DNA of 64,000 nucleotides from Roseibacillus sp. Lineage in GTDB: Bacteria; Verrucomicrobiota; Verrucomicrobiia; Verrucomicrobiales; Akkermansiaceae. The DNA lies in the NCBI GenBank assembly GCA_051251855.1, contig JBPOGI010000005.1, positions 1 through 64,000 on the forward strand, written 5' to 3'. Below are positions 10,015-19,514 of this stretch, one piece after another; position 1 is the first letter of the stretch; every line of letters starts with the position of its first letter. The position numbers and the translations under genes were made by a program. The notes beneath the pieces are model-generated. The model did not search any database and was not told the origin of the DNA. It worked only from the letters and a program-made list of their open reading frames with translations.

Positions 10015-10479
10015 ATGAACGATATGAACGTAGCACTCCCAACGGGCAGTTTTCTTGAGTCTCTGAGCGAAGAAGAACGGCAAGCATTTTTCTTGCTGGG
10101 CGAAGTCCAGCAGCACGGAGAAGGAGAAACGGTAATTCAGGAGACGAATCATCAGGATCACCTTCATATTCTGATTTCAGGCCGAGCCAAAGTGATGCAG
10201 AAGCATGTTGCTCCTGCGGTGACAGCTTGGTTGGAAGCAGGGGAATCTTTTGGAGAGGTGAATCTGTTCGATCTTGAAGAGTCGGGAGCGAGTGCGTCCG
10301 TCATTGCTGCGGAGAGCATCACTGTTTGGCGAATTGATAGGGCGGGCTTAAACACCTTTATCGCCCAAGAGCCAGATGCGAGCCTCCGGCTCATGATTGG
10401 GCTGAGCACGTTGCTCTCGAAGCGTCTGCGGGCGATGAATGATCTCGTGAAAGAGATGTCGGTTTGGACTCATTCCTAA
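10015..10479 (+). CDS. Cyclic-nucleotide-binding (Crp-type cNMP) domain protein, no HTH
   Basis: GETVIQE...LHILISG...GESFGEVNLFD...ASASVIA signature; C-terminal LSKRLR helix. Confidence 0.85.
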   Translation: MNDMNVALPTGSFLESLSEEERQAFFLLGEVQQHGEGETVIQETNHQDHLHILISGRAKVMQKHVAPAVTAWLEAGESFGEVNLFDLEESGASASVIAAESITVWRIDRAGLNTFIAQEPDASLRLMIGLSTLLSKRLRAMNDLVKEMSVWTHS

Positions 10480-10503
10480 ATTGATCTTAAAGGACGAGAC
10501 CTA

Positions 10504-10863
10504 ATGGTTGAAATTTCCCAATTTGGATGGTTTGGCATTCTGTTTGCCCTACTCATTGGTCATGCTTTGGGGGACTTCGCTTTTCAAACTGAGTTTGTTT
10601 CTCAAGCGAAATGCAAGGTCTACTGGGGGGCCGATTCAGGGAAGTGGGATTGGTTGGTGATTCTATCAGCGCATTCGCTGATTCATGCTGGTTTCGTATG
10701 GGCGATCACGGGCTCACTTTGGTATGGAGTAGCGGAGTTTGTTTTGCATGGAATTATTGACCAAACAAAGTGCTCCCGTCGGCTTGGATTTTTATCTGAC
10801 CAGCTCTTGCATATAGGCTGCAAAGTGTCCTACGTGCTTTGCTTAGTTATCTTCCCTAGCTAA
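10504..10863 (+). CDS. DUF3307-like small membrane protein
   Basis: GHALGDFAFQ...HSLIH...HGIIDQTK...DQLLH conserved His/Asp pattern. Confidence 0.75.
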   Translation: MVEISQFGWFGILFALLIGHALGDFAFQTEFVSQAKCKVYWGADSGKWDWLVILSAHSLIHAGFVWAITGSLWYGVAEFVLHGIIDQTKCSRRLGFLSDQLLHIGCKVSYVLCLVIFPS

Positions 10864-11588
10864 CGTTCCCAAGCTCCTGATTCTAAAAGTTGCTTCGTCG
10901 CCGCTTCGGCCCAGCCTCTGTTGGCGGCGGGGCTGGCGGGGCTGGGGTGGAGGACAGTGGTGATAGTTGTTGTCTCGGGGACGATGATGCGCTTGAAGCA
11001 GGATTCGGCGAACTTACCGACGCCGACGGCGAACTCGGGTTGGAGGAGGTTGATGACGGTCTGGAGGTGGGCGTCGCAGGCGGCGAAGAGAGCTTCCCGT
11101 TCGGCGATGGGGAGCTTGTCGGGGGTGCGATTGCGGCTGCTCTCTTCCATGAAAACCAAGGGACAGTAGTTGGTGACAAAGTGATCGGCGAAGAAGTCGG
11201 CGGGGTCGGGATATTGTTCAGAGAAGAGGCCCCAGAGGCGACGTCCGGAGACTTCGGATTTTTGGCAGGCGAATCCTTCGATGATACGTTTGGGATGCTC
11301 GTTGGCGGGCTTGGAGACGGGGGATTTAATTCCCATCCAGTCGCGAACGTGTTCGATTTCGCCAAAGGGGATTCCAGTCTGAGACATTCCCCAAGGACCT
11401 GGATTCATGCCTAAGAAGAGCACACGCTTTTTTGAATTACCGAATCGCTCGAGGTAAATGCGGTGAGGTTCCCACGCATAGTCGAGAGGGTTGTAGACGT
11501 GGGTGACGGGTTCGGCAAAAGTGAGTTTGTTGACTTCATCACAAAGGGTCTTGGCAGCGGAAATGAGTTGGTCGGAGATGGAAGACAT
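10860..11588 (-). CDS. SMUG1-family (family 3) uracil-DNA glycosylase
   Basis: YNPLDYA, GMNPGPWGMSQTGIPFG, SEVSGRR, NYCPL and LHPSP motifs. Confidence 0.92.
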   Translation of the reverse strand: MSSISDQLISAAKTLCDEVNKLTFAEPVTHVYNPLDYAWEPHRIYLERFGNSKKRVLFLGMNPGPWGMSQTGIPFGEIEHVRDWMGIKSPVSKPANEHPKRIIEGFACQKSEVSGRRLWGLFSEQYPDPADFFADHFVTNYCPLVFMEESSRNRTPDKLPIAEREALFAACDAHLQTVINLLQPEFAVGVGKFAESCFKRIIVPETTTITTVLHPSPASPAANRGWAEAATKQLLESGAWER

Positions 11589-11589
11589 G

Positions 11590-11985
11590 TCAGCGAAGAT
11601 TGAGTTTTTTGGCGAATGATTGGATGGCTTGCGCGGTGCGACGGGTGGCAGGGTAGCGGTTGCTTTTCAGATTAAATAGGGTGTCGGATGAAATGCCGAT
11701 TTGGGGTGCGAGCTTGTAACAGGAAAGGCCGGTTTGTTGGCAAATCGATTCAATCAAATCGGGGATTTCGGCGCGTTCATTCTCGACTTGGTAGCCGAGG
11801 AATTTTTCGATTTTTGGGATGCGAGAGAGGCGAGGCTCCACGAGTCCGCGCTCCCAATCGGACAAAATGTCGCATGAAATGCCGAGGAGGGTTGCGGTCT
11901 CTTTTTGCGTCCATTCGAGGGCTTGGCGTCTTCGTCGGAGGTGATGACCGTAGATCGATGGCTTGCTGGGATGGCGCTCAAGCAT
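11590..11985 (-). CDS. XRE-family transcriptional regulator with two HTH modules
   Basis: GHHLRRRRQALEWTQKETATLLGIS...DWERG, then a second GLSCYKLAPQIGISSDTL. The frame stays open upstream to ~12039. Confidence 0.8.
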   Translation of the reverse strand: MLERHPSKPSIYGHHLRRRRQALEWTQKETATLLGISCDILSDWERGLVEPRLSRIPKIEKFLGYQVENERAEIPDLIESICQQTGLSCYKLAPQIGISSDTLFNLKSNRYPATRRTAQAIQSFAKKLNLR

Positions 11986-12211
11986 TGAAAATGAATGCCT
12001 TGAGTGGAATTGGCAAAAAGTGGCTGAAACAACCAGGGTTCATGCCCATGAAGAGGACGCGCGTGGGGCCAGAGCCGTATTTTTCGAGGTATTGGGTGTG
12101 GGGCTCCCAAGCGTATTCGAGGGGATTGTAGGTGTGGGTGACGGGCTCGGGAAAGCTGAGGCCGTTCAGTTTTTTGCGTAGGGTGTCGGCGGCTTGAATG
12201 AGGGCGTTCAT
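11978..12211 (-). pseudogene. 5' fragment of a second SMUG1-family glycosylase, truncated right after GMNPG
   Basis: 37 of 57 aligned residues identical (manual alignment) to the N-terminus of 10860..11588; homology stops at nt 12032. Confidence 0.85.
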
Positions 12212-12321
12212 AGTTGCGTTGGTAGTGTTTGATGGGGTGGGGGTCGCTCGTCAAGGGCTTGATTTCCCGCCTTCGTTTGCTATCGCCTTTCTTGGTCAAG
12301 AGAGCCTGTGGCCCTTCATTC

Positions 12322-13221
12322 ATGAGCGTTGATTATTACTATCTGAAAGATGGGACGGAAATGGGGCCTTACTCGCTTGAAGTTTTGCGAGAGAAGCGTG
12401 CCGAAGGCTTGCTGACTAATTTGACTTTGATTGCGGGTCCTGGCCACAAGGGTTGGCAGAATTATAGTAAAATCCTTCCGGGGATTCACTTTGAATTGGG
12501 CCCCGAACACGAGCATTCGGGCCGTCCCTTGCATCCCGTCGAGAAAGTGGCTCTTCTCCCATTTCCTCATCTTGAGCGGTGTAACATCGGAGTTTTAATT
12601 TTCTCGTCAGGAGGCTTCTGCATTCTTGTTTGCCTGATAGTGGCGATGATATTTTTTTTGGATGGTAGTGCGGTAACTCTGCCGGCTTGGAGTGGTCAGT
12701 TCATGGAGACCGTTTTGGCTCTTTCAAGTATTTCGTTACTGCCCGTATTCCTCATCATGTTGGCAACTCAAATGGCGATTCTTTATCGTGGATGGCTGCT
12801 TCTTTCTCCCTTTGGATCTCCTTTGATTCCAGATAGAGCGGCAGCTGGTTTGTTCATACCGGTGATTGGGCATTTCTGGAATTTTCGTTGTTATCGTGAT
12901 TGGTCGCGGGAGTATCACGCACTTCTTGAGCGCGAGGAAGCTCTGGCGGAAGCGCCCTCTGTTCAGCGTTTTGTATTTTTGATGGTAGGACTGGCTTCGG
13001 TTGGCCATTTCCTTGCGTTCGGGTTCTCGTTTGTGAATGGGGGTAACAATAGTGAGTTAGCGTCGGTGTTTGCTTTGATAGGAGGTGCCTTTTTATTGAT
13101 TCACTTTTTGGCGGTGAATTATGCCAGTTTTCAGATCGCGAGGGCGGTGAACTATGTTGTTTTTGCGAGGAAAGAGGCTCTCGCCTTTCAGCGTCAGTCG
13201 AGGAGGCCGTCTTTGGACTGA
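12322..13221 (+). CDS. GYF_2 (DUF4339)-like domain membrane protein
   Basis: N-terminal YYYLKDGTEMGPYSLEVL...GPGHKGWQ motif, then several TM segments; start moved to ATG 12322. Confidence 0.7.
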   Translation: MSVDYYYLKDGTEMGPYSLEVLREKRAEGLLTNLTLIAGPGHKGWQNYSKILPGIHFELGPEHEHSGRPLHPVEKVALLPFPHLERCNIGVLIFSSGGFCILVCLIVAMIFFLDGSAVTLPAWSGQFMETVLALSSISLLPVFLIMLATQMAILYRGWLLLSPFGSPLIPDRAAAGLFIPVIGHFWNFRCYRDWSREYHALLEREEALAEAPSVQRFVFLMVGLASVGHFLAFGFSFVNGGNNSELASVFALIGGAFLLIHFLAVNYASFQIARAVNYVVFARKEALAFQRQSRRPSLD

Positions 13222-13238
13222 CGGTTGCTCAAATCAAA

Positions 13239-13769
13239 CTACTGGCTGCCGTAATGGTAGCGGGCGCACTCGATGATGCCGGTGGTGATTTCGGAGAAAT
13301 CGAGGTTGGTGGTTTCGAGGATGAGGTGGGCGCTTTCGCGGTAGCTGGCATCACGCTGTTCGAGCATGAGACGGATGGTTTCGGCGGGGTCTTGGGTTTG
13401 GAGAAGAGGGCGTTCGCGATTGCGGGAGGTGCGCTCGAGGATGGTTTCGGGCTGGGCGACGAGCCAGACGACAAAGCCGAGGTCGCGCAGGAGTTGGCGA
13501 TTTTCTTCGCGTAAGACGATGCCGCCACCGGTGGCGATGATGCGCTTGTGGCACTTGTCGTTTTGGAGGGAGCGAAGGGTTTCGGTTTCGAGGTCGCGAA
13601 AGTATTGCTCGCCTTCGGCTTCGAAGATGTCGGCGATGGGGCGCTTTTGTTGAGCGACGATGCGGGCGTCGGTGTCGATGAGCGGGTAGCCGAGGGCTTT
13701 GGAAAGTTGGCGACCGATAGTCGACTTTCCTGTGCCCATGAATCCAACCAATATCAGGTTCTTTAGCAT
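13239..13769 (-). CDS. aroK: Shikimate kinase
   Basis: GFMGTGKS P-loop, DTD, GEQYFRDLE, ATGGG and RPLL motifs. Confidence 0.95.
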   Translation of the reverse strand: MLKNLILVGFMGTGKSTIGRQLSKALGYPLIDTDARIVAQQKRPIADIFEAEGEQYFRDLETETLRSLQNDKCHKRIIATGGGIVLREENRQLLRDLGFVVWLVAQPETILERTSRNRERPLLQTQDPAETIRLMLEQRDASYRESAHLILETTNLDFSEITTGIIECARYHYGSQ

Positions 13770-13910
13770 CCTTCGAGGTAGCCTAACGAAAGCTATCGCT
13801 TGGCAAAACCTTAAAACACAGAATCAGCAGGGCGAGTGGAGAAGCGGGAGCTTGATTTACTGGAACTCATCTGTAGTTGAAAATTGCGCTTTTTCCCTAT
13901 AACGAGGGCT

Positions 13911-14927
13911 ATGGAAACACGGGTTGAGGTAGCGGATTTCGAGGATTGGCGTGAGCTGGCGGGTGAGGCGGTGGAGCTTTTGCAGGCGGGTGAGGTTGTC
14001 GCTCTGCCGACCGAGACGGTTTATGGCTTGGCGGCTGATGCCTTGAATGAGGAAGCGGTGGCGAAGGTATTTGCGGTGAAGGGCCGGCCTTCCTTTGACC
14101 CCTTGATCGTTCATTTAGGAGGTTGGCGTGATATTCGACGAGTGGCAGAGGTGCCGGAGGACATTGACGAGGCTGTACGTGAATTGACGAAGGAATTTTG
14201 GCCAGGGCCGTTGACGTTGGTTTTGCCGAAGAAGGCGGAGGTTCCGGAGGCGGTGACGGCGGGTTTGGATACGGTGGCAGTGCGGGTCAGTGCGCATGAA
14301 GTGATGCGTGAGGTGTCGAAGAAGGTGGGTCCAATTGCGGCGCCGAGTGCGAATCTCTTTGGGAAGATCAGTCCGACCAGTGCGGCGGCAGTCGTGGCGG
14401 ATTTGGATGGCAAGATTCCTTTGGTGATTGATGGGGGTGCCTGCCGAGAGGGCTTGGAGAGCACCATTATTAAGATTGAGCCGGGTGAGAAGAAGCCGCT
14501 CATTACGATTTTGCGCCCCGGGCCGGTGACTCGGGAGGAGTTACGCAAATTTGGCACGGTGAAAAAGGCGAAGCCGAAAAAGGGTGAGAAAGTGGAAGTG
14601 CCTGGTCAAACACCGAGCCACTATGCGCCCAATGCGAAGGTGGTGATTTTGGAGAAGGATCAGGAGTTCACGCCCGAGGAGGGGGTGAAGTATGCCTTGC
14701 TGACGTATCGAGGAGATACCAAGTGGGAAGAAGCGCATGAGTGGGTGGCGAAAGATGCCCTGAGTCCGGGAAGCGGGAAGCTCGCGGAGGCGGGAGTGCG
14801 GCTGTTTCACCTTCTTCGGAAGATGGATGAAGCGGGGCCGGATGTCATTTTGGTAGAAACGCTTACCGAGACCGGAGTGGGTGTGGCGATGATGGATCGG
14901 CTTCGTCGGGCTTCGGCGGAGAAGTAG
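13911..14927 (+). CDS. sua5: L-threonylcarbamoyladenylate synthase (Sua5 type, YrdC + SUA5 domain)
   Basis: PTETVYGL, KGRP, WPGPLT, AAPSAN, PGQ..SHYAP and C-terminal AMMDRLRRA. Confidence 0.93.
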   Translation: METRVEVADFEDWRELAGEAVELLQAGEVVALPTETVYGLAADALNEEAVAKVFAVKGRPSFDPLIVHLGGWRDIRRVAEVPEDIDEAVRELTKEFWPGPLTLVLPKKAEVPEAVTAGLDTVAVRVSAHEVMREVSKKVGPIAAPSANLFGKISPTSAAAVVADLDGKIPLVIDGGACREGLESTIIKIEPGEKKPLITILRPGPVTREELRKFGTVKKAKPKKGEKVEVPGQTPSHYAPNAKVVILEKDQEFTPEEGVKYALLTYRGDTKWEEAHEWVAKDALSPGSGKLAEAGVRLFHLLRKMDEAGPDVILVETLTETGVGVAMMDRLRRASAEK

Positions 14928-14946
14928 TTCTAGGTGGCGCTGAAAG

Positions 14947-15011
14947 CTTTATCGCCATTTTGTTGCGATAAAGTTCTTGCCATAGGTCGCCCTTAATGCA
15001 ACTTAGGGGCG
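14947..15011 (+). promoter_or_regulatory. Two inverted repeats upstream of the metal-uptake operon
   Basis: CTTTATCGC-N9-GCGATAAAG (14947-14973) and CGCCCTTAA-N6-TTAGGGGCG (14988-15011); the second covers the purine-rich RBS 2 nt before ATG 15014. Confidence 0.45.
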
Positions 15012-15013
15012 TT

Positions 15014-16213
15014 ATGAGAATTTTGGAAACAAGCGTAGTGTTGGGTCTGGGGGCAGGAGTGCTTTCGGCGGATTGGGGACTTTATGAGGCGAAGGATTGG
15101 GTTTCGCTATCTGCGCATGCTCGTATTGTGGGCGGGACGACTTCTGGAGACTTTGAAGAATTGGCCTCTCACAACCATGATCCCAATCAAGATGTGGTTT
15201 TGCAAGGGCTCGAGGTGGGGGCGAACTTTACTTTGAATGATCATATTCAGGGTTTTGCTACCATGAATGTTTTCCAGAATGTGGATGATGAACTCGAGGC
15301 GGAATGGGAAGAAGGTTTTGTAAAGCTGGTTGACCTCCCGGGTGGGATTGAGCTTCGAGGGGGACGTTATCTGAATCGCTTTGGCGGACAAAATGCGGTT
15401 CATCTCCATAGTTGGGATTTTGTGGATGCCAATCTGGTAACTTCTCAGTTTTTGGGCGAGGAGGGTCTTGTTACTGAAGGTGGAGAGTTGAGCTGGATTT
15501 TTGAAGGGCCGGTTACTTCGGCGATCAGCTTGGCCTTTGGCCGGGCGCTGGAGCATGACCATGGTCACGGTGAAGAAGAGGAAGAGCACGAAGGAGAGGA
15601 GGGACACGACGAAGAGGAGCATGAGGACGAACATGGCCATGGTGGAGCTGAGGAAGCTTTTTTTGCAGAGGATGTGTTCACTGCCCGTTGGTTGGTTCGC
15701 TGGGATCAGAATGATTTTCATCGCCACCAGTGGGGTTTGAACTTTGCGATGGGAGAGAATGGCTTTGGTCGGGATACTCGGATTTACTCGGGAGACTACT
15801 ACTATACCTATCGTAGCAACGGCCTCGAATCCGGAGGGAGTTCACTGCGCCTTGGAGGAGAACTCTATTACCGTGATGTCGAGTGGTATGATGAGGAAGA
15901 GGGAATTGGTGGCTCGGGAGAGCATTGGGGCGCGGTCTTGTCTGCGATTTATGGTTTTGCTGATGACTGGGAGGTGGCCTTGCGCTATGGCTGGATTCAG
16001 GGAGAGACTTCTGGTCCTGATGCTGATGAGATTATTCTCGATATCGAGGAGCGTAAGCGGATTTCTGCTGCCTTGACTCGTCGCTTTCAGCTGGGAGAAT
16101 CACAAAGTGCATTTGCGAGAGTGCAGGCAAACTTTGATGAGCTGCCCGAGGGTAGTGAACAGAGTGTGTTCCTTCAGTTAGGCTTTGATTGGGGCGGGCC
16201 TGAGATTCGCTAG
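15014..16213 (+). CDS. Outer-membrane beta-barrel with His/Glu-rich loop (zinc-regulated porin/receptor-like)
   Basis: Signal peptide, HNHDP, GRYLNRFG..N.VHLHSWDFVD, His-rich insert, C-terminal FLQLGFDW; first gene of the metal ABC operon. Confidence 0.75.
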   Translation: MRILETSVVLGLGAGVLSADWGLYEAKDWVSLSAHARIVGGTTSGDFEELASHNHDPNQDVVLQGLEVGANFTLNDHIQGFATMNVFQNVDDELEAEWEEGFVKLVDLPGGIELRGGRYLNRFGGQNAVHLHSWDFVDANLVTSQFLGEEGLVTEGGELSWIFEGPVTSAISLAFGRALEHDHGHGEEEEEHEGEEGHDEEEHEDEHGHGGAEEAFFAEDVFTARWLVRWDQNDFHRHQWGLNFAMGENGFGRDTRIYSGDYYYTYRSNGLESGGSSLRLGGELYYRDVEWYDEEEGIGGSGEHWGAVLSAIYGFADDWEVALRYGWIQGETSGPDADEIILDIEERKRISAALTRRFQLGESQSAFARVQANFDELPEGSEQSVFLQLGFDWGGPEIR

Positions 16214-16242
16214 TTGAATCAACCTTTTCCAAAATTGTTGCT

Positions 16243-17121
16243 ATGAAACTTCTTCTTATTCTATTCCTTGTCGCTTGCGCTGGCTTTGGGCAGGCGCAAA
16301 TTAAGGTAGCTAGTCTCCATCCCTTGATGGCAGACCTCACTCGTCAGGTCGGAGGGGAGCGAGTTGCGGTGACCGATATTGGAAAGCCGGGCTTCAATGT
16401 TCATACTTTTGCTCCGACGCCGAAGGACTTGCAGGCAATGGGCCGTAGCCAATTGGTTGTCGCTTCTGGTAAGGGGATTGAGACTTATCTTTCTGCGGTT
16501 CAGGATGCAATTGGAGCGGTTCCGATTCTTGAGGTGGGTCGTTCGATTCCTTCGCGCAAAATATCGGGAGGGGAGTCGCTTTATGTCTGCTGCCCCCAAC
16601 ATTCTCATGGCACTGTTGACCCTCATTGGTGGCACGATGTTGGGAATATGGAGCGGGCTGTGAAAGTGGTGGAAAAGCAACTTATCAAGATGGATCCGGA
16701 TGGAAAGAGTTACTACCAAACTCGTAGTAAAGCTTTGCGCACTCGGTATCAACAGTTGGACCGATGGGTGAAAAGTCAGATTGCCAGCATTCCCAAAGGT
16801 CAACGTAAGCTGGTAACCGCTCATGCGGCTTTTGGATATTTTTGTAAGGCGTATAAGATGGAGCCGGTGTTTGTGTTAGGGATGAGCGGCGACCATGAAG
16901 TGGCGGCTCAAGAGTTAGCCAAGGAAGTTGTCAAGCTGAAGAAGGAGGGCGTTCGGGCTGTTTTTCCCGAGAAACTCTCGAATCCTAAGGTCTTGACTCA
17001 GGTTGCTCGGGAAGCAGGTGCCAAGATAGGTAAACCTCTCACTGCCGATGGTGCAATTGCGAGCTATGACTTGATGATGAAGCAGAATGTGACCGCGATT
17101 GTGCAAGGCTTGACTCAATGA
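16243..17121 (+). CDS. Zn/Mn ABC transporter substrate-binding protein (ZnuA/TroA family)
   Basis: NVHTFAPTP, DPHWW and HAAFGYF motifs. Confidence 0.9.
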   Translation: MKLLLILFLVACAGFGQAQIKVASLHPLMADLTRQVGGERVAVTDIGKPGFNVHTFAPTPKDLQAMGRSQLVVASGKGIETYLSAVQDAIGAVPILEVGRSIPSRKISGGESLYVCCPQHSHGTVDPHWWHDVGNMERAVKVVEKQLIKMDPDGKSYYQTRSKALRTRYQQLDRWVKSQIASIPKGQRKLVTAHAAFGYFCKAYKMEPVFVLGMSGDHEVAAQELAKEVVKLKKEGVRAVFPEKLSNPKVLTQVAREAGAKIGKPLTADGAIASYDLMMKQNVTAIVQGLTQ

Positions 17122-17540
17122 AGGATGCTCCGCTCAAGGAAGGAATCATACTGCTGAGCGGGCTTGCATTGTTGGCGATACCGCTGTCTTTTGTCACGGG
17201 ACAGGCTGAGGTGCCTGCGCAAGAATTGGTCGCGATTGAGACGGAAGAGGGGTGGGTGACGGATGTTAATGTGGTGGCAGCTCATGAATTTTTGTGGATG
17301 GAGCTGCGGCGTGGTTCTGAAGTTGTCGGGAGGATAGAGGGGCCTGCGACTGAGGGGGAATTCGAATGTCTCGTTGCCAAGCATGGCGAGCGGTTAGTGG
17401 TGGCAGCTCAGTTTGTGGAGGAAGCTCCTGAGACGGCTTTGAAAGTGGAGTTGTGGGCAGGTGCGATGCCTGACGTGGTGTTCAATTTTTGGGGAGAGAG
17501 TGAGATACTGGAAGAGGTGGAGGTGAAGTTTCATGAGTGA
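17118..17540 (+). CDS. Hypothetical membrane-anchored protein within the metal ABC operon
   Basis: Overlaps both neighbours (ATGA-type coupling); N-terminal TM helix. Confidence 0.7.
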   Translation: MKDAPLKEGIILLSGLALLAIPLSFVTGQAEVPAQELVAIETEEGWVTDVNVVAAHEFLWMELRRGSEVVGRIEGPATEGEFECLVAKHGERLVVAAQFVEEAPETALKVELWAGAMPDVVFNFWGESEILEEVEVKFHE

Positions 17541-18300
17541 GTGTTGTGATCATCACTTTGAACCAGGGCATGAACCTCATCAGTTGGAGGTGGAGGGGCT
17601 CTGCGTGACCTTTGGCGCGGTGACCGCTCTTTGTGAGGTCGACTTTACGACGACTTGCGGCAACCGCTTGGCTTTGTTGGGCCCGAATGGAGCGGGAAAG
17701 AGCACCTTGATCCGAACTTTGGCAGGGCTTCTGAAGGCCGAGCACGGGTCTATTCAGTGGCGTGGGGAGGCGTTGACGGGCTCGACCCGGGAGATTGCTT
17801 ATTTGCCTCAATTGGATCGGCATCGGGAGGGGTTTCCTGTCAGTGTGCGTGAGGTGGTGGCGATGGGGCGTCTGCCGCATACGGGATTTTGGAAGACATT
17901 TCGCAAACTTGATGAAGAGAAGGTGGAGGAGGCGATTGCGGCGATGCGTTTGGAAGATTTGGCGCATCGACAAATTGATGCTTTGAGTGGGGGGCAGCGT
18001 CAGCGGGCGTTTTTGGCGCGGGCTTTGGCGCAGGAAGCGCATATTGTGATGCTGGATGAGCCCTTTACGGGGCTGGATGTGGAAAGTGGCGAAGAGCTTT
18101 CGGAGACTTTGCGGGAGTTGGGTGAGCGTGGTCATCTGGTCATTGCTTCTCATCACAATTTGGCGACGGTGGAGTCGATTTTTAGTCAAGCGCTGGTGAT
18201 GAAGAAAAGGCAGGTCGCCTTTGGTGAGGTGAGCGAGGTGATGGCGCGGGAGGAAGTGCGGGAAGTGTTGGGTTTGGCGAAAGGAGGAGTGAGTGTTTGA
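17533..18300 (+). CDS. Metal ABC transporter ATP-binding protein (ZnuC-like)
   Basis: GPNGAGKST, LSGGQRQR, LDEPF; N-terminal CCDHH..GHEPH. Confidence 0.93.
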   Translation: MSECCDHHFEPGHEPHQLEVEGLCVTFGAVTALCEVDFTTTCGNRLALLGPNGAGKSTLIRTLAGLLKAEHGSIQWRGEALTGSTREIAYLPQLDRHREGFPVSVREVVAMGRLPHTGFWKTFRKLDEEKVEEAIAAMRLEDLAHRQIDALSGGQRQRAFLARALAQEAHIVMLDEPFTGLDVESGEELSETLRELGERGHLVIASHHNLATVESIFSQALVMKKRQVAFGEVSEVMAREEVREVLGLAKGGVSV

Positions 18301-19132
18301 ACTGTTGGATTTGCCTCTCTTGCGGAGGGCGTTTTTGGCGGCGGTGATGATTGGTTTTACCAATGGGTTTGTGAGTGCTTTTGTGGTGTTGCATCGAAGT
18401 CCGCTTAAGTTAGGTGCTTTGAGTCATTCGGTTTTTCCAGGGATTGCGGCGGTGGTCCTGATGGTTGGGTTGTCTACTGTCGGGGTTTACTTGGGTGCTT
18501 TGGCTGCAGCGGCTTTGGTGGGGTTGGGGGCTGTCTTTTTTGCGAGGAAGTCGGCAGTGGGTGAAGAGACGGTGTTGGCGGTCTTGATGACGGGTGCCTT
18601 TGCGGGAGGGGTGATGATGCTCACTCACTATGAAGGGGCAGGAGGATTGGAAGACTGGCTGTTAGGAAATATCGTCGGGATGTCCGATGCTGATTTGTGG
18701 ATGAGCTATGGGGTGGGGCTTTTGGCGGTGGGGGTGCTTTCTGTGCTGCGGCGCCCGATTATGGTCACGCTTTTTGAGCCCGATGTGGCCGCGACCCTGG
18801 GGGTGCGAACCAGCTTGTTGAACTATGGGCTTTTTGCGCTGCTGATTCTAGTTTTGGTGACCACCTTGCAGGCGGTGGGAGCGATATTGGCTTTGGGCTT
18901 TATTGTGACTCCGGCCGCAGCAGTCCGTCAGTTAGTTGGCTCAGCGAGGGGTCTCTTTATCTGGAGCGGGGTAACGGGAGCCGTCGGTGCGGGAGTGGGA
19001 TTCATGGGCGCCAATGTCTTTGATCTACCGATTGGAGCCTTCATGGTTTTCGTGCTGACGACGATATTCTTGGGAGCTGTGGGGGTTCGTCGGGTGCGTG
19101 AAGGGCTAGCAAGTCGGCGGCATCAGCATTGA
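18293..19132 (+). CDS. Metal ABC transporter permease (ZnuB-like)
   Basis: ALSHSVFPG, LLGNI, hydrophobic multi-TM profile. Confidence 0.9.
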   Translation: MFELLDLPLLRRAFLAAVMIGFTNGFVSAFVVLHRSPLKLGALSHSVFPGIAAVVLMVGLSTVGVYLGALAAAALVGLGAVFFARKSAVGEETVLAVLMTGAFAGGVMMLTHYEGAGGLEDWLLGNIVGMSDADLWMSYGVGLLAVGVLSVLRRPIMVTLFEPDVAATLGVRTSLLNYGLFALLILVLVTTLQAVGAILALGFIVTPAAAVRQLVGSARGLFIWSGVTGAVGAGVGFMGANVFDLPIGAFMVFVLTTIFLGAVGVRRVREGLASRRHQH

Positions 19133-19150
19133 TTGAGAAGGAGGCCTAGA

Positions 19151-19513
19151 ATGAGAGAATATAGCACGACATTTGAAGCTGCGGAAAGCCTGACCGAACC
19201 AGGGAGTTCGAATCCTTGGCTGGTTTGGGGGATTGGCCTCGTGCTTCCGCTTCTTATCGTATTTTATGCGGCTAAGTGCTGGTTCACTCGAGAGGCGAGC
19301 TTCCCGGCGATTGGAAATGGTTCAGTGCTCTATGGCGATGCGGCTCGTTGGACCGCATTCGTAATTCTGGCCATCGCTGTCTTTATTCATGGTCGTTCTT
19401 TTTGGGGAGCCAAGGGGTTTCTCCGCAGTCATCGAGTGCTTTCGCTCGTTTCTTGCCTGCTCTTTATTGTGAGCTTCTTTGGAGCAATGGTGTGCTCTTT
19501 TGCTGGCGTTTGA
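19151..19513 (+). CDS. Hypothetical membrane protein
   Basis: Three hydrophobic segments; fills the gap before the convergent gene. Confidence 0.6.
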   Translation: MREYSTTFEAAESLTEPGSSNPWLVWGIGLVLPLLIVFYAAKCWFTREASFPAIGNGSVLYGDAARWTAFVILAIAVFIHGRSFWGAKGFLRSHRVLSLVSCLLFIVSFFGAMVCSFAGV

Positions 19514-19514
19514 T

